The notes below the pieces were generated by a model that saw only the letters and a program-made list of their open reading frames with translations, made no database searches and was not told the origin of the DNA. Of a stretch of DNA of 59,601 nt, positions 17,977-27,223 are shown one piece after another. The first letter of the stretch is position 1; each line of letters starts with the position of its first letter. A program made the position numbers and the translations under genes. Origin of the DNA: a virus (taxonomy: Duplodnaviria; Heunggongvirae; Uroviricota; Caudoviricetes); the IMG/VR virus record IMGVR_UViG_3300028577_000006. One strand, written 5' to 3'.

Positions 17977-18404
17977 TCCGAGAGGCTGCCAACCGGCTCC
18001 TGGACGCGCTCACCAACGGGCTCGTCGACAGCCGCGTGCAGCACTCCGCGTTCATCACGGAAGAGATGGGTCTGCGCGATGCGTTGGCAGCAGCGCCGCC
18101 GTTGCCGTCAAAGCGACCGTCTGATGACCTGACGCACCAGAGCGCCTCTGTGCTTGGCGTGAAGGTCGCTACCGACGATGGCGACTTCAAAGACCTCGCG
18201 TACTGCGACTCTCCGCTCGGCCGCGTGAGCTTCACCCGCGCCCGGATGGATCGCTGGGAGTGGTACCTGGAGACCATCCATCGAGAGGCGGATGATTTCG
18301 ACACGATCTCGTGCAGCGGCCAGTTCCATGGCCTGGAAGCAGCCGCAAGCGACTGCGACAAGCAGTTGCGCGCACTCGTGAAGAAGGCACAGGCGTTGCC
18401 GTGA
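17973..18404 (+). CDS. hypothetical protein
   Basis: GTGA overlaps. Confidence 0.55.
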   Translation: MIREAANRLLDALTNGLVDSRVQHSAFITEEMGLRDALAAAPPLPSKRPSDDLTHQSASVLGVKVATDDGDFKDLAYCDSPLGRVSFTRARMDRWEWYLETIHREADDFDTISCSGQFHGLEAAASDCDKQLRALVKKAQALP

Positions 18405-18991
18405 GCGACGAATCTCCCGCGCGACAACTCGTCGGCATCGTCTGGCGAGGCGCTCCACGGCGCTCGTGGCGTCATCTGAACGGCACGCTGAAGAGCGCGG
18501 TGCACCTCGCGATCTCCGCGGGCTTGAAGTTCGCGGCCGATGACTTCGAGCACTTCTTCAACAGCAAGCACGGACGCTTCTGGTTCAGCGAAGATCACGA
18601 GAGCTTCTACGCGGCAGCTGTCCAGCACAACAACACAGCCGCGTGCCGGTCGTGGGAGAAGTTCGTGGGGCGACCGCCAGTGATCTTGGACGGAAACCGT
18701 CTGTACATTGGAGCACAGATGGACCCCAAGTATCTCCCCCAAGACAAGGTCGACGGGCGGTTCGCGGTGGTTACCTCGTTTTCGCTCACAGACCGGGCAT
18801 CGCTCATCGTCTGCCAGTACGGCAAAGGAGTGCATGCGCCTGGGCAGCTGCTCGCAGCCGCGATCGGCACAGCGCTTGCGCCCGCAAAGCCGACGCGGAA
18901 GTTCCGGCTGACGTTCGACGAGATCCGTGCAGGGGAACGTGCTCGCGTGAAGGCGGCAAAGGCCGAGAAGGAAGTGGCTCATGTCCGGTGA
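18401..18991 (+). CDS. hypothetical protein
   Basis: 196 aa, GTGA overlap. Confidence 0.6.
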   Translation: MSDESPARQLVGIVWRGAPRRSWRHLNGTLKSAVHLAISAGLKFAADDFEHFFNSKHGRFWFSEDHESFYAAAVQHNNTAACRSWEKFVGRPPVILDGNRLYIGAQMDPKYLPQDKVDGRFAVVTSFSLTDRASLIVCQYGKGVHAPGQLLAAAIGTALAPAKPTRKFRLTFDEIRAGERARVKAAKAEKEVAHVR

Positions 18992-20306
18992 GAAGCTCGT
19001 TCGTGCAGTTGTCGCGGCGTGCAAAGACTACTTCACCGATCATGCTCGATGGCCAGATCTCGCTGACGCCAACGAAATCCTTGCCATGCTCGGCAGTGCT
19101 CAGCCCACCGCGTACCAGGAGCTGCACAGCATCGCCGAGCTTCGCAAGCGTCTGGACGAGCGCCGCGAAACGGCGGAGGCGGCGATCTCTGCTCGTGACC
19201 GCGCCGTAGAACAGCAGCGGATGGCGGAAGCTCTGGCGCGTAAAGCCGAAGCTCAGCGTGACGCCGCACATCGCGAGGTAGGCAAGCGCGACGCTCGCGT
19301 TGGGCTTTTGGAGGACGCCCTCAAGGCCGCTGGGCACGGCAAGCTGCTGGCTCGATACGACGAGCTTGCTGCGGCGAAGGAGGCTGCGGAGCAGGCCGGC
19401 GGCGAGAACCTGGATCGCGCCATCAAGGCCGAGAACAACGCGTGGGAGGTCGCCCAGGATACGCACCTCGGCACGATCGAGGGCATGCAGGAAGCGCTCG
19501 CTGAGCGCGATCGACAGCTGGCGAACGCCAAGCAGGACATCGTCTCGATGGAGACGATGTTCGATGTGCTCGATTCAGATCGGCATGCAGCCGTTGCGGC
19601 GCTGTTCAAGACGCTGAGCGAGCTGAGAGGCAGCCCGTCGAAGCCGTCGAAGGAAGACTGGGAGGCGGCGGCGAAAGCCGGCGGCGTGGACTGGAAAGAG
19701 GTGCCCGCGGGCGCCGCGTACATGGAAATGGTCTATCGCCTGATCGAAGAGCAGCGTAACTGTGCCGCGGTGAAAGACGCGAAAACGACGCGTGACGGAA
19801 GCCGATTGGCACGCAAACTTGCCGAGCTACAGGCCACCATCGATCGACAGAAGCTGGCGCTCGATGGCATCGCGTCCCAGTGCATGTGCGACGGCTGTGA
19901 GAGCTGTGAACACCGGGCGTCGAACTCGTATGCCATCGCCGATGCGTGCGATCGCGATGCGATGCTCGGCGACAAGACCTGTCGCGCATGCATGCGTGCG
20001 CAGCGTACGGCGGCGCCGCCAACAGCCGTCGTGTACGTCCAGGAAGGGCAGAGCGTTGCCGAGGCGATCGCAGCAGCGCCGGATGGCGCGGAGGTAGTGC
20101 TCGCTCCGGGCAAGTACGGCGACGGTGATGATGACGAAGAGGCGGACGACACCGACGAGTACCACGTCGAAGTGCAGTGGACGTACCGCGTCACAGTCGA
20201 GGCAGACAACGAAGAAGATGCCAAGGAGAAGGCGCTCGAAGAGGCTATCGAACGCAACTACGCGGGCGGGGCACCGGACACGGAAGACGTGGAAATCGTC
20301 GGGTAG
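18981..20306 (+). CDS. coiled-coil protein with Cys-rich motif and acidic C-terminus
   Basis: Long heptad-rich region; CMCDGCESC; DDDEEADD tract. Confidence 0.65.
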   Translation: MSGEKLVRAVVAACKDYFTDHARWPDLADANEILAMLGSAQPTAYQELHSIAELRKRLDERRETAEAAISARDRAVEQQRMAEALARKAEAQRDAAHREVGKRDARVGLLEDALKAAGHGKLLARYDELAAAKEAAEQAGGENLDRAIKAENNAWEVAQDTHLGTIEGMQEALAERDRQLANAKQDIVSMETMFDVLDSDRHAAVAALFKTLSELRGSPSKPSKEDWEAAAKAGGVDWKEVPAGAAYMEMVYRLIEEQRNCAAVKDAKTTRDGSRLARKLAELQATIDRQKLALDGIASQCMCDGCESCEHRASNSYAIADACDRDAMLGDKTCRACMRAQRTAAPPTAVVYVQEGQSVAEAIAAAPDGAEVVLAPGKYGDGDDDEEADDTDEYHVEVQWTYRVTVEADNEEDAKEKALEEAIERNYAGGAPDTEDVEIVG

Positions 20307-20319
20307 AAAGGGGCCGATC

Positions 20320-20628
20320 GTGAATCTCAGTGCTTTGCGTGATGCATACGAGCGCGCTGCGCGGATGGAAGCGCTGAAAGAGCGCTACGTGACCGCAGTG
20401 CTCATCGAGGTCTCGTCTGGCCTGTCGACTGGTGCGATCGCACCCGATGCGCTGGAAGGAATCGTCAGCGCCGATGCGCTGATCGAGCTGATCTTGCGGT
20501 TGGGACTCGCCGATGACTTGCCCGAGCACGCGCCGGAGCAGCTTCGTGAAATCACCGAGCGCTGGCGCCTGCGCATGTTGAATCCGGCATTCAGGCCGCA
20601 GCCGTTGTTCGAGGAGACTGGCACGTGA
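20320..20628 (+). CDS. hypothetical protein
   Basis: AAAGGGG RBS before GTG. Confidence 0.5.
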   Translation: MNLSALRDAYERAARMEALKERYVTAVLIEVSSGLSTGAIAPDALEGIVSADALIELILRLGLADDLPEHAPEQLREITERWRLRMLNPAFRPQPLFEETGT

Positions 20629-20927
20629 TCTGGGTCATCGCTTTCGTTCTGCTTCTCGCCGCCGCTACGTCCGCAGGCCTCTGTGTCGCCATGTGGCGCA
20701 CTCTGATCGCCTCGGATCGTCAGTGGATACTTCGCATCCTAGCGGGCGGGCGTGAGATGACCGGGCTTCAGATCATGGAAGCGAGCGACGACGTGCTGAC
20801 GGCGCGCATCTACGGCACGTTGCGGTCGATGGAACACCAAGGGCTGCTCGTGTCGAGGGTCGACTACATGTGCATCGAAGCCAGAAACGGCCGGCCGCGC
20901 ATCTACTACAAACGGGCGGAACTGTGA
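20625..20927 (+). CDS. PadR-like winged-helix regulator with N-terminal TM helix
   Basis: Hydrophobic N-terminus, then ILRILAGG.EMTGLQI...IYGTLRSMEHQGLLVSR...RPRIYYK. Confidence 0.65.
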   Translation: MIWVIAFVLLLAAATSAGLCVAMWRTLIASDRQWILRILAGGREMTGLQIMEASDDVLTARIYGTLRSMEHQGLLVSRVDYMCIEARNGRPRIYYKRAEL

Positions 20928-21298
20928 CCATCGACTGGCTTCATGAACTAATCGACCAGCGCACCCGCGAGCGTGATGAGCGCGACCGCATCATCGCCGA
21001 CGTGCGTCACATGGCTGACGAGGTCGTGGATGGCGTTCAGCACAGACCGGCGATGTGGGGCACGCCTCTTTCGTGCGAGCTGATGTTCCTGCTCGCGCTG
21101 GAGTTCAAGCTCGTCGCCGCGGATCGGTACCCTGGCTTCGTGCTGTCCGAGTGGCAGGCATTCGCAAACAAGCGTCTCGGGAGGGCGGAGGCGCATCCCA
21201 TGTCTGCGCGGGTCTCTCCCGAAGAGTTGTGCGCGGCAATGCGTGACTTCGTCGCAGGGCCGTTTGCTGCGATGCTCACCCTACAGGAGACGCCGTGA
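20924..21298 (+). CDS. hypothetical protein
   Basis: GTGA overlaps. Confidence 0.55.
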   Translation: MTIDWLHELIDQRTRERDERDRIIADVRHMADEVVDGVQHRPAMWGTPLSCELMFLLALEFKLVAADRYPGFVLSEWQAFANKRLGRAEAHPMSARVSPEELCAAMRDFVAGPFAAMLTLQETP

Positions 21299-21636
21299 AG
21301 CTGCTCGAAGAACCTACGGACGCCACGCGGTGGTCGGGCGCGTTTCAGACGGGCGCGGCTGCCTGCGGCAGCGTAGCGATGTTTGTCGGCATGGTTGGTG
21401 TTTTCAGCCTGGGCAACCTGAGCTTCATCGGATGGTGTCTCGCTGGCGTCACCATGCTGAGCCTGGCCGTCTCCGTCGGCAGGCTGCGGGATCGCGAGAT
21501 GAAGATGCTGCGAAAGCTAGCGCGCCTTCAGGACGCGCAGCTATGCGCCGCAGATGACGCGTTTGGACGGGACAATGTCCTCGCCGCCTGGCAGGCCCGC
21601 AAGGGCGCGTACGCGGAGTGGCGTGATGAGCCCTGA
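21295..21636 (+). CDS. 2-TM membrane protein
   Basis: Two hydrophobic helices. Confidence 0.5.
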   Translation: MKLLEEPTDATRWSGAFQTGAAACGSVAMFVGMVGVFSLGNLSFIGWCLAGVTMLSLAVSVGRLRDREMKMLRKLARLQDAQLCAADDAFGRDNVLAAWQARKGAYAEWRDEP

Positions 21637-21993
21637 CGTTTTCGCCCGCGCTTGGTCGATCGCCTACGCCATCACGTACGGGCACGATTCTCGGCCGCTG
21701 GATCTAGCGTGGGCCGGCTGCAACCGTTTCGAGCTGGACAGAGACGGGCCAGAGATCTCTCGGATGGCACGCTACGTCGCTGCGATGGACAAGGCGGTCG
21801 CCGACGCAGACGCCGAGGGGCTTGCGCCGTGGGACGCAGCAAGGAAGATCGCTCGCGTCGAGGCCGAGGCGCTGGGCTATTCGAAGCACGCGACCTGGCG
21901 CATGATGCTGGACCTGACGCTCATGGAGCACGCGCAGAAGGATGCAAAGTTCATCCAGATCGGCCCGGTGACGCACGGCACGATCGAAGAATG
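21626..21993 (+). pseudogene. 5' part of a gene interrupted by the IS1595 element
   Basis: Reading frame ...HGTIEEC runs into the left IR; it rejoins SFDQPYYLFG... at about 25531 when the element is removed. Confidence 0.65.
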
Positions 21994-22006
21994 CATGCTT
22001 ATCCGG

Positions 22007-22035
22007 TTGACACCCAAGGCACCCATCGCTAGTGT
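22007..22035 (+). promoter_or_regulatory. inward sigma70 promoter in the left IR
   Basis: TTGACA-N17-TAGTGT. Confidence 0.7.
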
Positions 22036-22077
22036 ACGCCCAGATCCGACGAACATGTCGGACAGAAGGACGAAGAA

Positions 22078-22911
22078 ATGCGCAACGCGTTGATTTTGTT
22101 TGGTATTGTCTGCTTTTCTAGCGTCGCGGTAGTGCCGCCCTTGTTGGGGTGCGGCGGCGGAGCTTTCCTTTCGCTCGCGCAGGATGAGCAGCACGCGTTC
22201 ATCGAGTGTCGTGCCGCGCTGCGGCGCGAGCACCACGACGACCTGTTGTTTCTCGACTACGACTCGTATGCTCGCGCGGGCTCGTCATCGCGTCGGCGCG
22301 CCTGGTTGGGTGCCACCGGCTGCTTTGTTCGCCCGGACGCCGCTCCGTCGGCGCCGCCTGTGGCCGTGGAACCGCCGCTGCGCCCAGCCGACTATTCAGC
22401 TGGTGGCTACGTCCACGAAGTGGACGAGTTCAACGGACGCGAACGGTTCATCGTCCGAGCTTTCATTCGTCCAGAGGCGAGCGCGACCCACAGCGAAATG
22501 CATGACACCGGCGGAGTTGCCACGTTTCTAATGCTCGGCGGAAGCATGCGCGGGGGCGCCGCCCTGTTGATGACCTTTTCGTTTCAAGGGTGGCAGTATC
22601 TCGATTGCCATAGCGTCGACATACTGGCTGACGGCATCCCAGTGGAGACACTCGCGGCAACCCACGACGGGCAGGTTGGATACGCCGGTAGCGTTACGGA
22701 GACCGTGGGAACAGGCCTCACGCGCTCATCGCTGATGCTCATGTCGGCTGCCACAGAGAATCGCGTTCGCATCTGCAATACCGTCTACCGACTCGATGCG
22801 TCAACGGCACACGACCTGGGCAGGTTGTTGGACGCGAGCGAGCCTGCTCCCTCCGAAGCTTTTGTTCCTGATGCGAGCGACGATTCGTCTGACACAGATC
22901 AGGTTCATTGA
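22078..22911 (+). CDS. putative lipoprotein (IS passenger)
   Basis: Signal peptide ending PPLLGC; more AT-rich codon usage than the flanks. Confidence 0.6.
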   Translation: MRNALILFGIVCFSSVAVVPPLLGCGGGAFLSLAQDEQHAFIECRAALRREHHDDLLFLDYDSYARAGSSSRRRAWLGATGCFVRPDAAPSAPPVAVEPPLRPADYSAGGYVHEVDEFNGRERFIVRAFIRPEASATHSEMHDTGGVATFLMLGGSMRGGAALLMTFSFQGWQYLDCHSVDILADGIPVETLAATHDGQVGYAGSVTETVGTGLTRSSLMLMSAATENRVRICNTVYRLDASTAHDLGRLLDASEPAPSEAFVPDASDDSSDTDQVH

Positions 22912-23921
22912 CCGTGGATCGGTCGTTTCCGCAGAGCCTTCCGGACTTCCAGCGCATGTTCCCCACGGACGATGCGTGCGCGAAATATCTGGAAGGCGTC
23001 CGCTGGCCAAGCGGTTTCGTGTGCCCGTGGTGCCGCGTGGCCGAGCAGCCATATCGTTTCGAGAACAGGCCCGGCGTGCTGCGCTGCCGTGCCTGCAAGA
23101 AGGACGTGGGGCTGATGGCTGGCACCGTGATGGAGCGCTCGCACACGCCGCTCTCGACGTGGTTCTGGGCAGCCTACCTCGTGTCGTCACTGACGCCCGG
23201 CATGAGCGCCGTGCAGTTCCAGCGCCAGCTTGGTCTCACGCGCTACGAGACGGCGTTCTCGATCTTGCACAAGCTTCGCGCAGGAATGGTGCGCCCCAAC
23301 CGCGACATGATCGGCGGCGAACATCCGGTCGAGCTTGACGAGACCTGGGTCGGCGGCCGGACGCGTGGTGAGGGCAAGGGCACGCATCACAAGACGCTGG
23401 TGATCGGCGCAGTCGAAGTGCGTCACCGAGTAGCCGGCGATGCCGTGGATGTGCTCCAGAACAAGGCCAAGCCACGACGCGGGAACAAGTACGCAGGCCG
23501 CCTACGACTCGCGATCGTGCCGAACCGTACGGCCAAGACGCTGGTTGGATGGGCCAACGCGAACATCGTCGGCCGATCCACGGTGACCACGGATGACTGG
23601 GCCGGATACGACCGGCTCTGCGACCAGGGCTACCACCACATCCAGGTCGCCGAGCGCGGTGATCCGTCGGTCACCGAAGAGCACCTTCCGCTCGTCCATC
23701 TGATCTACAGCAACCTGAAGGCGTGGCTCAACGGCGTGCACCACGGCGTGGCACCTCAGCATCTGCAAGCGTACCTGAACGAGTTCACGTTCCGCTTCAA
23801 CCGGCGCTTCTACCCGTTCTCATCGTTTCGATCGCTTCTTGGCATCAGCGGCGGTTCGGAGAGCCCCACGCTCGACGAGCTTTACTCTGGCGAGTGGAAG
23901 CATCCAGGCGAGGCTGCGTGA
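22908..23921 (+). CDS. IS1595-family transposase (Zn ribbon, HTH, DDE)
   Basis: FPTDDACAKYL..VRWP.GF.CP.C...C..C...TPLSTWF...QRQLG..YETAF.ILHKLR...ELDETWVGG...TDDW.GY...HLQAYLNEF.FRFNRR. Confidence 0.93.
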   Translation: MTVDRSFPQSLPDFQRMFPTDDACAKYLEGVRWPSGFVCPWCRVAEQPYRFENRPGVLRCRACKKDVGLMAGTVMERSHTPLSTWFWAAYLVSSLTPGMSAVQFQRQLGLTRYETAFSILHKLRAGMVRPNRDMIGGEHPVELDETWVGGRTRGEGKGTHHKTLVIGAVEVRHRVAGDAVDVLQNKAKPRRGNKYAGRLRLAIVPNRTAKTLVGWANANIVGRSTVTTDDWAGYDRLCDQGYHHIQVAERGDPSVTEEHLPLVHLIYSNLKAWLNGVHHGVAPQHLQAYLNEFTFRFNRRFYPFSSFRSLLGISGGSESPTLDELYSGEWKHPGEAA

Positions 23922-23981
23922 TGGACACGATTCCATGCCGCGTGCGTACTTTTGCGCGCTAGTGTGTGAACAGAGGTGAGT

Positions 23982-25004
23982 ATGGATCTGTCCCCTTCAC
24001 GCGTACTGGTCTGGTTCTCGTGCGGCGCGGCGTCAGCTGTGGCCGCTGCGCTTGCCGTGAAGAAATACGGCGAGCGGTGTGAGGTCGTGACGTGTGACAC
24101 GCGTTCGACCGAGCACCCCGACAACGAGCGGTTCCTCCGTGATGTGGAGCGGTGGATCGGACGTTCGATACGCGACCTGCGCTCCGTGGAGTTTGCCTCG
24201 ATCGACGAGGTGTACGAGAAGGCGCGTTACATGTCCGGCCATGCCGGCGCGCGCTGCACGGTCGAGATGAAGAAGGTGCCGCGCCTCGCCTTCCAGCGTG
24301 CCGACGACTTGCACGTCTTCGGCTTTACGTTCGACGAGGCGAAGCGCGCCGCCGACTTCGAGAAGAACAACGCCGAGATCGACGTGGAGCACATCCTCAT
24401 CGATGAGCGCGTCACGAAAGAGGACTGCTACACCCTGCTCACCGATGCTGGAATCCGTCTGCCAGAAATGTACGCTCTCGGGTTCGACCACAACAACTGC
24501 ATCGGATGCGTGAAGGCCACGAGCCCGGACTACTGGAACCTCGTCCGCAAGCACTTTCCCGAGGTGTACGCGCGTCGCGCGGCACAGTCCGAGGCCCTCG
24601 GGGTTCGTCTCGCGCGCGTCTCCCGGAAGCTCGGCGAGACGCTTCCGCGCGCGCTCCCTGAGCGTCGCAAGGGCAAGATCGTCAGCTACCGTGTGTTCCT
24701 CTCGGTCCTGCCGCCCGACGCGGCGGGGGGCGGTATGGAAGCGATCGAGTGCGGTCCTGTTTGTCAGACACCGGCGACTCTTGGTGAGAACGGCTTCGAT
24801 GGCATGGAGGATCTACATAACCACGTCGCACGGGTGGACCTGTCCACGCCGGAGAAACGCCACGCGTTTGATATGTGGAAAGACAAGGACGGTACGAAGC
24901 CAGGGCTTGTGCCGTTGCTGGCAACGCGCGACCGCTGTCCGTTATGTGGCGCAGCGAGCTGCTGGGGCTCTGAGGGCCAAGGCTGTGCGCCGAGGATTTC
25001 TTAA
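23982..25004 (+). CDS. PAPS-reductase-like / adenine nucleotide alpha-hydrolase family protein (IS passenger)
   Basis: WFSCGAASAVA PP-loop-like motif; EHPDN.RFL; CT..MKK; GF..DE..RA; YALGF.HNNCIGCVK. Confidence 0.8.
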   Translation: MDLSPSRVLVWFSCGAASAVAAALAVKKYGERCEVVTCDTRSTEHPDNERFLRDVERWIGRSIRDLRSVEFASIDEVYEKARYMSGHAGARCTVEMKKVPRLAFQRADDLHVFGFTFDEAKRAADFEKNNAEIDVEHILIDERVTKEDCYTLLTDAGIRLPEMYALGFDHNNCIGCVKATSPDYWNLVRKHFPEVYARRAAQSEALGVRLARVSRKLGETLPRALPERRKGKIVSYRVFLSVLPPDAAGGGMEAIECGPVCQTPATLGENGFDGMEDLHNHVARVDLSTPEKRHAFDMWKDKDGTKPGLVPLLATRDRCPLCGAASCWGSEGQGCAPRIS

Positions 25005-25200
25005 ACCATGGATTACGCAGAAGTACAGCAGGCGGCGCAGTGGCTACTCGACCGCCCCTCGCCTGAACAACATCGGCTCGCACTGAGGTTCAACGACCGA
25101 ACCAATGACGGTGATGTGCTCATCATTTCTGTTGCGATGGCACTTGGCTGGAGGCCGCAAGAGACGCAAGGTCCGTATCGATGACCAAGGACGAAAGAAC

Positions 25201-25455
25201 ATGGCGACGATTCGAATAGGAAACTACGAAGTGGACGTAGCGCGATGTGATTCCGACAACAGCTGGAAAGCCGACGTTGTCATTGATTGCGGCAGCTTCA
25301 TTGGACGACGGCCGTTCTGCTCGTTCAACGGATACGGCTCTGAGGCCGAGGTTACGACTGCCGCACGCGTTGCCGTCGTTAACGACATGGAGCGCATCGC
25401 CTCCAATCTAGAAAAGGCGCTTGGAGAAGAGCTTGCGAGGCAGCGAAGAAGCTAG
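25201..25455 (+). CDS. small hypothetical protein (IS passenger)
   Basis: 84 aa, ends just inside the right IR. Confidence 0.45.
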   Translation: MATIRIGNYEVDVARCDSDNSWKADVVIDCGSFIGRRPFCSFNGYGSEAEVTTAARVAVVNDMERIASNLEKALGEELARQRRS

Positions 25456-25530
25456 ACTTTGGGTCTTCGGAGGCTAACGCTGTGAATACACTACCGATGG
25501 TGATGTTGGGTGTTAACCGGATAAGCATGG

Positions 25531-25765
25531 CTCGTTCGACCAGCCGTACTACTTGTTCGGCATCGCACGAAGAACGACGGCTCTCGACGGGCGCTACGAC
25601 GGCATCTTGCTGCCCGAGAGTCTGCTGACCGACTGCCCGGCGTTCATGCAAGGCGCGCACTACAGCGTCGTGATCGATGGTACACACGGAAAGTCCCCGC
25701 TCTACTGGGGATGGCGAGAATGGAAGTACGTCGGCATGCCGCTCGACGAGAACGTGAGGACGTGA
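25531..25765 (+). pseudogene. 3' part of the IS-interrupted gene
   Basis: SFDQPYYLFGIARR...PLDENVRT*; in frame with 21626-21993 after removing the element. Confidence 0.6.
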
Positions 25766-26001
25766 TGGGACTGAAGTACTGGCGCTGCTATTCGTGTGAT
25801 CACGCCGAGCCCTGCGAACCGCAGCGGGACTTCGACGTTGGCGATTCGGAAGCCTGTGCGCGTTGCGGCGCGAATGCTGTCGTCGAGCAGGGCGCACCCG
25901 TCGTCGATGTCGTGGGCTCTTCGCCACCTCCGTGCGTCCACGGCGAGGTGTACGTGTGCACGCAGTGCCCCGACCAGCGTTGGCGTTCCGCGAGCCTCTG
26001 A
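25765..26001 (+). CDS. small Zn-finger protein
   Basis: CYSC...CARC...CVH..VCTQC. Confidence 0.5.
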   Translation: MGLKYWRCYSCDHAEPCEPQRDFDVGDSEACARCGANAVVEQGAPVVDVVGSSPPPCVHGEVYVCTQCPDQRWRSASL

Positions 26002-26708
26002 TGCCACGTCTGGTTTTCGTCAGCGATACGCACACGATGCACGCTCAGACGACGCAGCACATCGTTGCCGCATCGGCCGACATCCTTGTGCACGCAGGCG
26101 ACTTCAGCAGCACAGGCAAGCGCTCGGAGATTGCCGACTTCGCCGACTGGTGCTCGATGCTGCTCAAGAAGGGCTACGTCAAGCACGTGGTCGTTGTCGC
26201 CGGCAACCACGACATCCTGCTGGACTCGACGTGTGCGCCATACAGCCGTCGAGACGATCCGGACGGCCAGCGCCAGTGCATCGAGCGGATCCGCGCGGCA
26301 GGCGTGGTCTATCTTTGCGATTCAGGCGCAACGGTTGCGGGCCTGCGCTTCTACGGCATTCCGTGGACGCCGCGGTTTTTCGACTGGGCGTTCCAGATCG
26401 ACTCGCCAGGACAGGACGAAGACGTCTTCGGGAAGGTGCCGGCAGATCTCGACGTGCTCGTCACGCACGGCCCGCCCTACGGCATCGGAGACCTGGTGCC
26501 GCGCGGCGAGCGCACAGGCTCTCGCGCCCACCTGCGGACGATCGAGCGTCTCAAGCCACGCGTCAACGTTTTCGGTCACATCCACGAAGGTTACGGCATG
26601 ACGATGACGCCATGGGGAACACTCTGCATCAACGCGAGCACGTGCACCGGCGACTACAAGCCACGCAACAAGCCGATCGTGCTGGACCTGTCCATGGAGA
26701 ACGAATGA
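26001..26708 (+). CDS. calcineurin-like metallophosphoesterase
   Basis: SDTH / HAGD / AGNHD / THGPP / GHIHE motifs. Confidence 0.92.
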   Translation: MPRLVFVSDTHTMHAQTTQHIVAASADILVHAGDFSSTGKRSEIADFADWCSMLLKKGYVKHVVVVAGNHDILLDSTCAPYSRRDDPDGQRQCIERIRAAGVVYLCDSGATVAGLRFYGIPWTPRFFDWAFQIDSPGQDEDVFGKVPADLDVLVTHGPPYGIGDLVPRGERTGSRAHLRTIERLKPRVNVFGHIHEGYGMTMTPWGTLCINASTCTGDYKPRNKPIVLDLSMENE

Positions 26709-27223
26709 TGCCGCTGTGGGTCAAGCTGGAAGACGTGGAGGACGCCTTGGTGGCGCCCGTCGGCAACGCTGAAGTAGTGAAGATGCTCGCGGCCGGCGCT
26801 GTGAGCGCTCCGGTTGGCGGAGTCCATCAGGACGAGCGACTCCGAGTAGCGGCGATGCGGGCGTCCTACGCGTGGCGAAATCTGCACGGCGTGCAGGGTG
26901 TTCCGACCGAAGAGCCAGACGCTGAGGCCGAGTATCTGGAGGCGATGGAGATGCTCCAGGTTGTCCTCGTCGAGTCCGAGCCGCCCAAAGGACGGCGCCC
27001 CTCGGGTCGGTGTTCGGAATGCAGCGCGCCGTTCGAATGGCGCAGTGGCAAAGGACTGCCGTGGTCCATACGCATTGGCGCTGACATCGTCCCGTGCGCA
27101 ATAGCAGAGGATATCTACCTGTGGCGTTGCGTGGGCTGCGACAACCACATGATGGATCGCAAGAAGGTCGAAGAGGTTGAGGCCGCCGCGCACGCGTGGC
27201 ATCTGGAGCGCAGCGCGCCATGA
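26705..27223 (+). CDS. hypothetical protein with C-terminal Zn ribbon (MqsA-like CxxC pair)
   Basis: CSEC...CVGC; ATGA overlaps. Confidence 0.5.
   Translation: MMPLWVKLEDVEDALVAPVGNAEVVKMLAAGAVSAPVGGVHQDERLRVAAMRASYAWRNLHGVQGVPTEEPDAEAEYLEAMEMLQVVLVESEPPKGRRPSGRCSECSAPFEWRSGKGLPWSIRIGADIVPCAIAEDIYLWRCVGCDNHMMDRKKVEEVEAAAHAWHLERSAP

Larger units (their letters stand above)
21994..25529 (+). mobile_element. IS1595-family (ISSod11-group-like) element with passenger genes, about 3.5 kb
   Basis: Terminal IRs CATGCTTATCCGGTT(G/A)ACACCCAA match 23/24, extending to 36/43 (21994-22036 vs 25487-25529); fits the ISSod11-group end consensus nnnGcnTATC; encloses an IS1595 transposase. Confidence 0.85.

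Noticed and set aside
17783-19024. Long opposite-strand or alternate-frame ORFs (e.g. 371-1513, 17783-19024, 34671-36224, 31243-32256, 47756-48790)
   Set aside because: GC-rich shadow ORFs overlapping better-supported genes; Arg/Ala/Pro-rich with no motifs.
21980-25545. 8-bp target-site duplication around the IS1595 element
   Set aside because: The flanks GAAGAATG and GCTCGTTC do not match at any boundary shift I tried.
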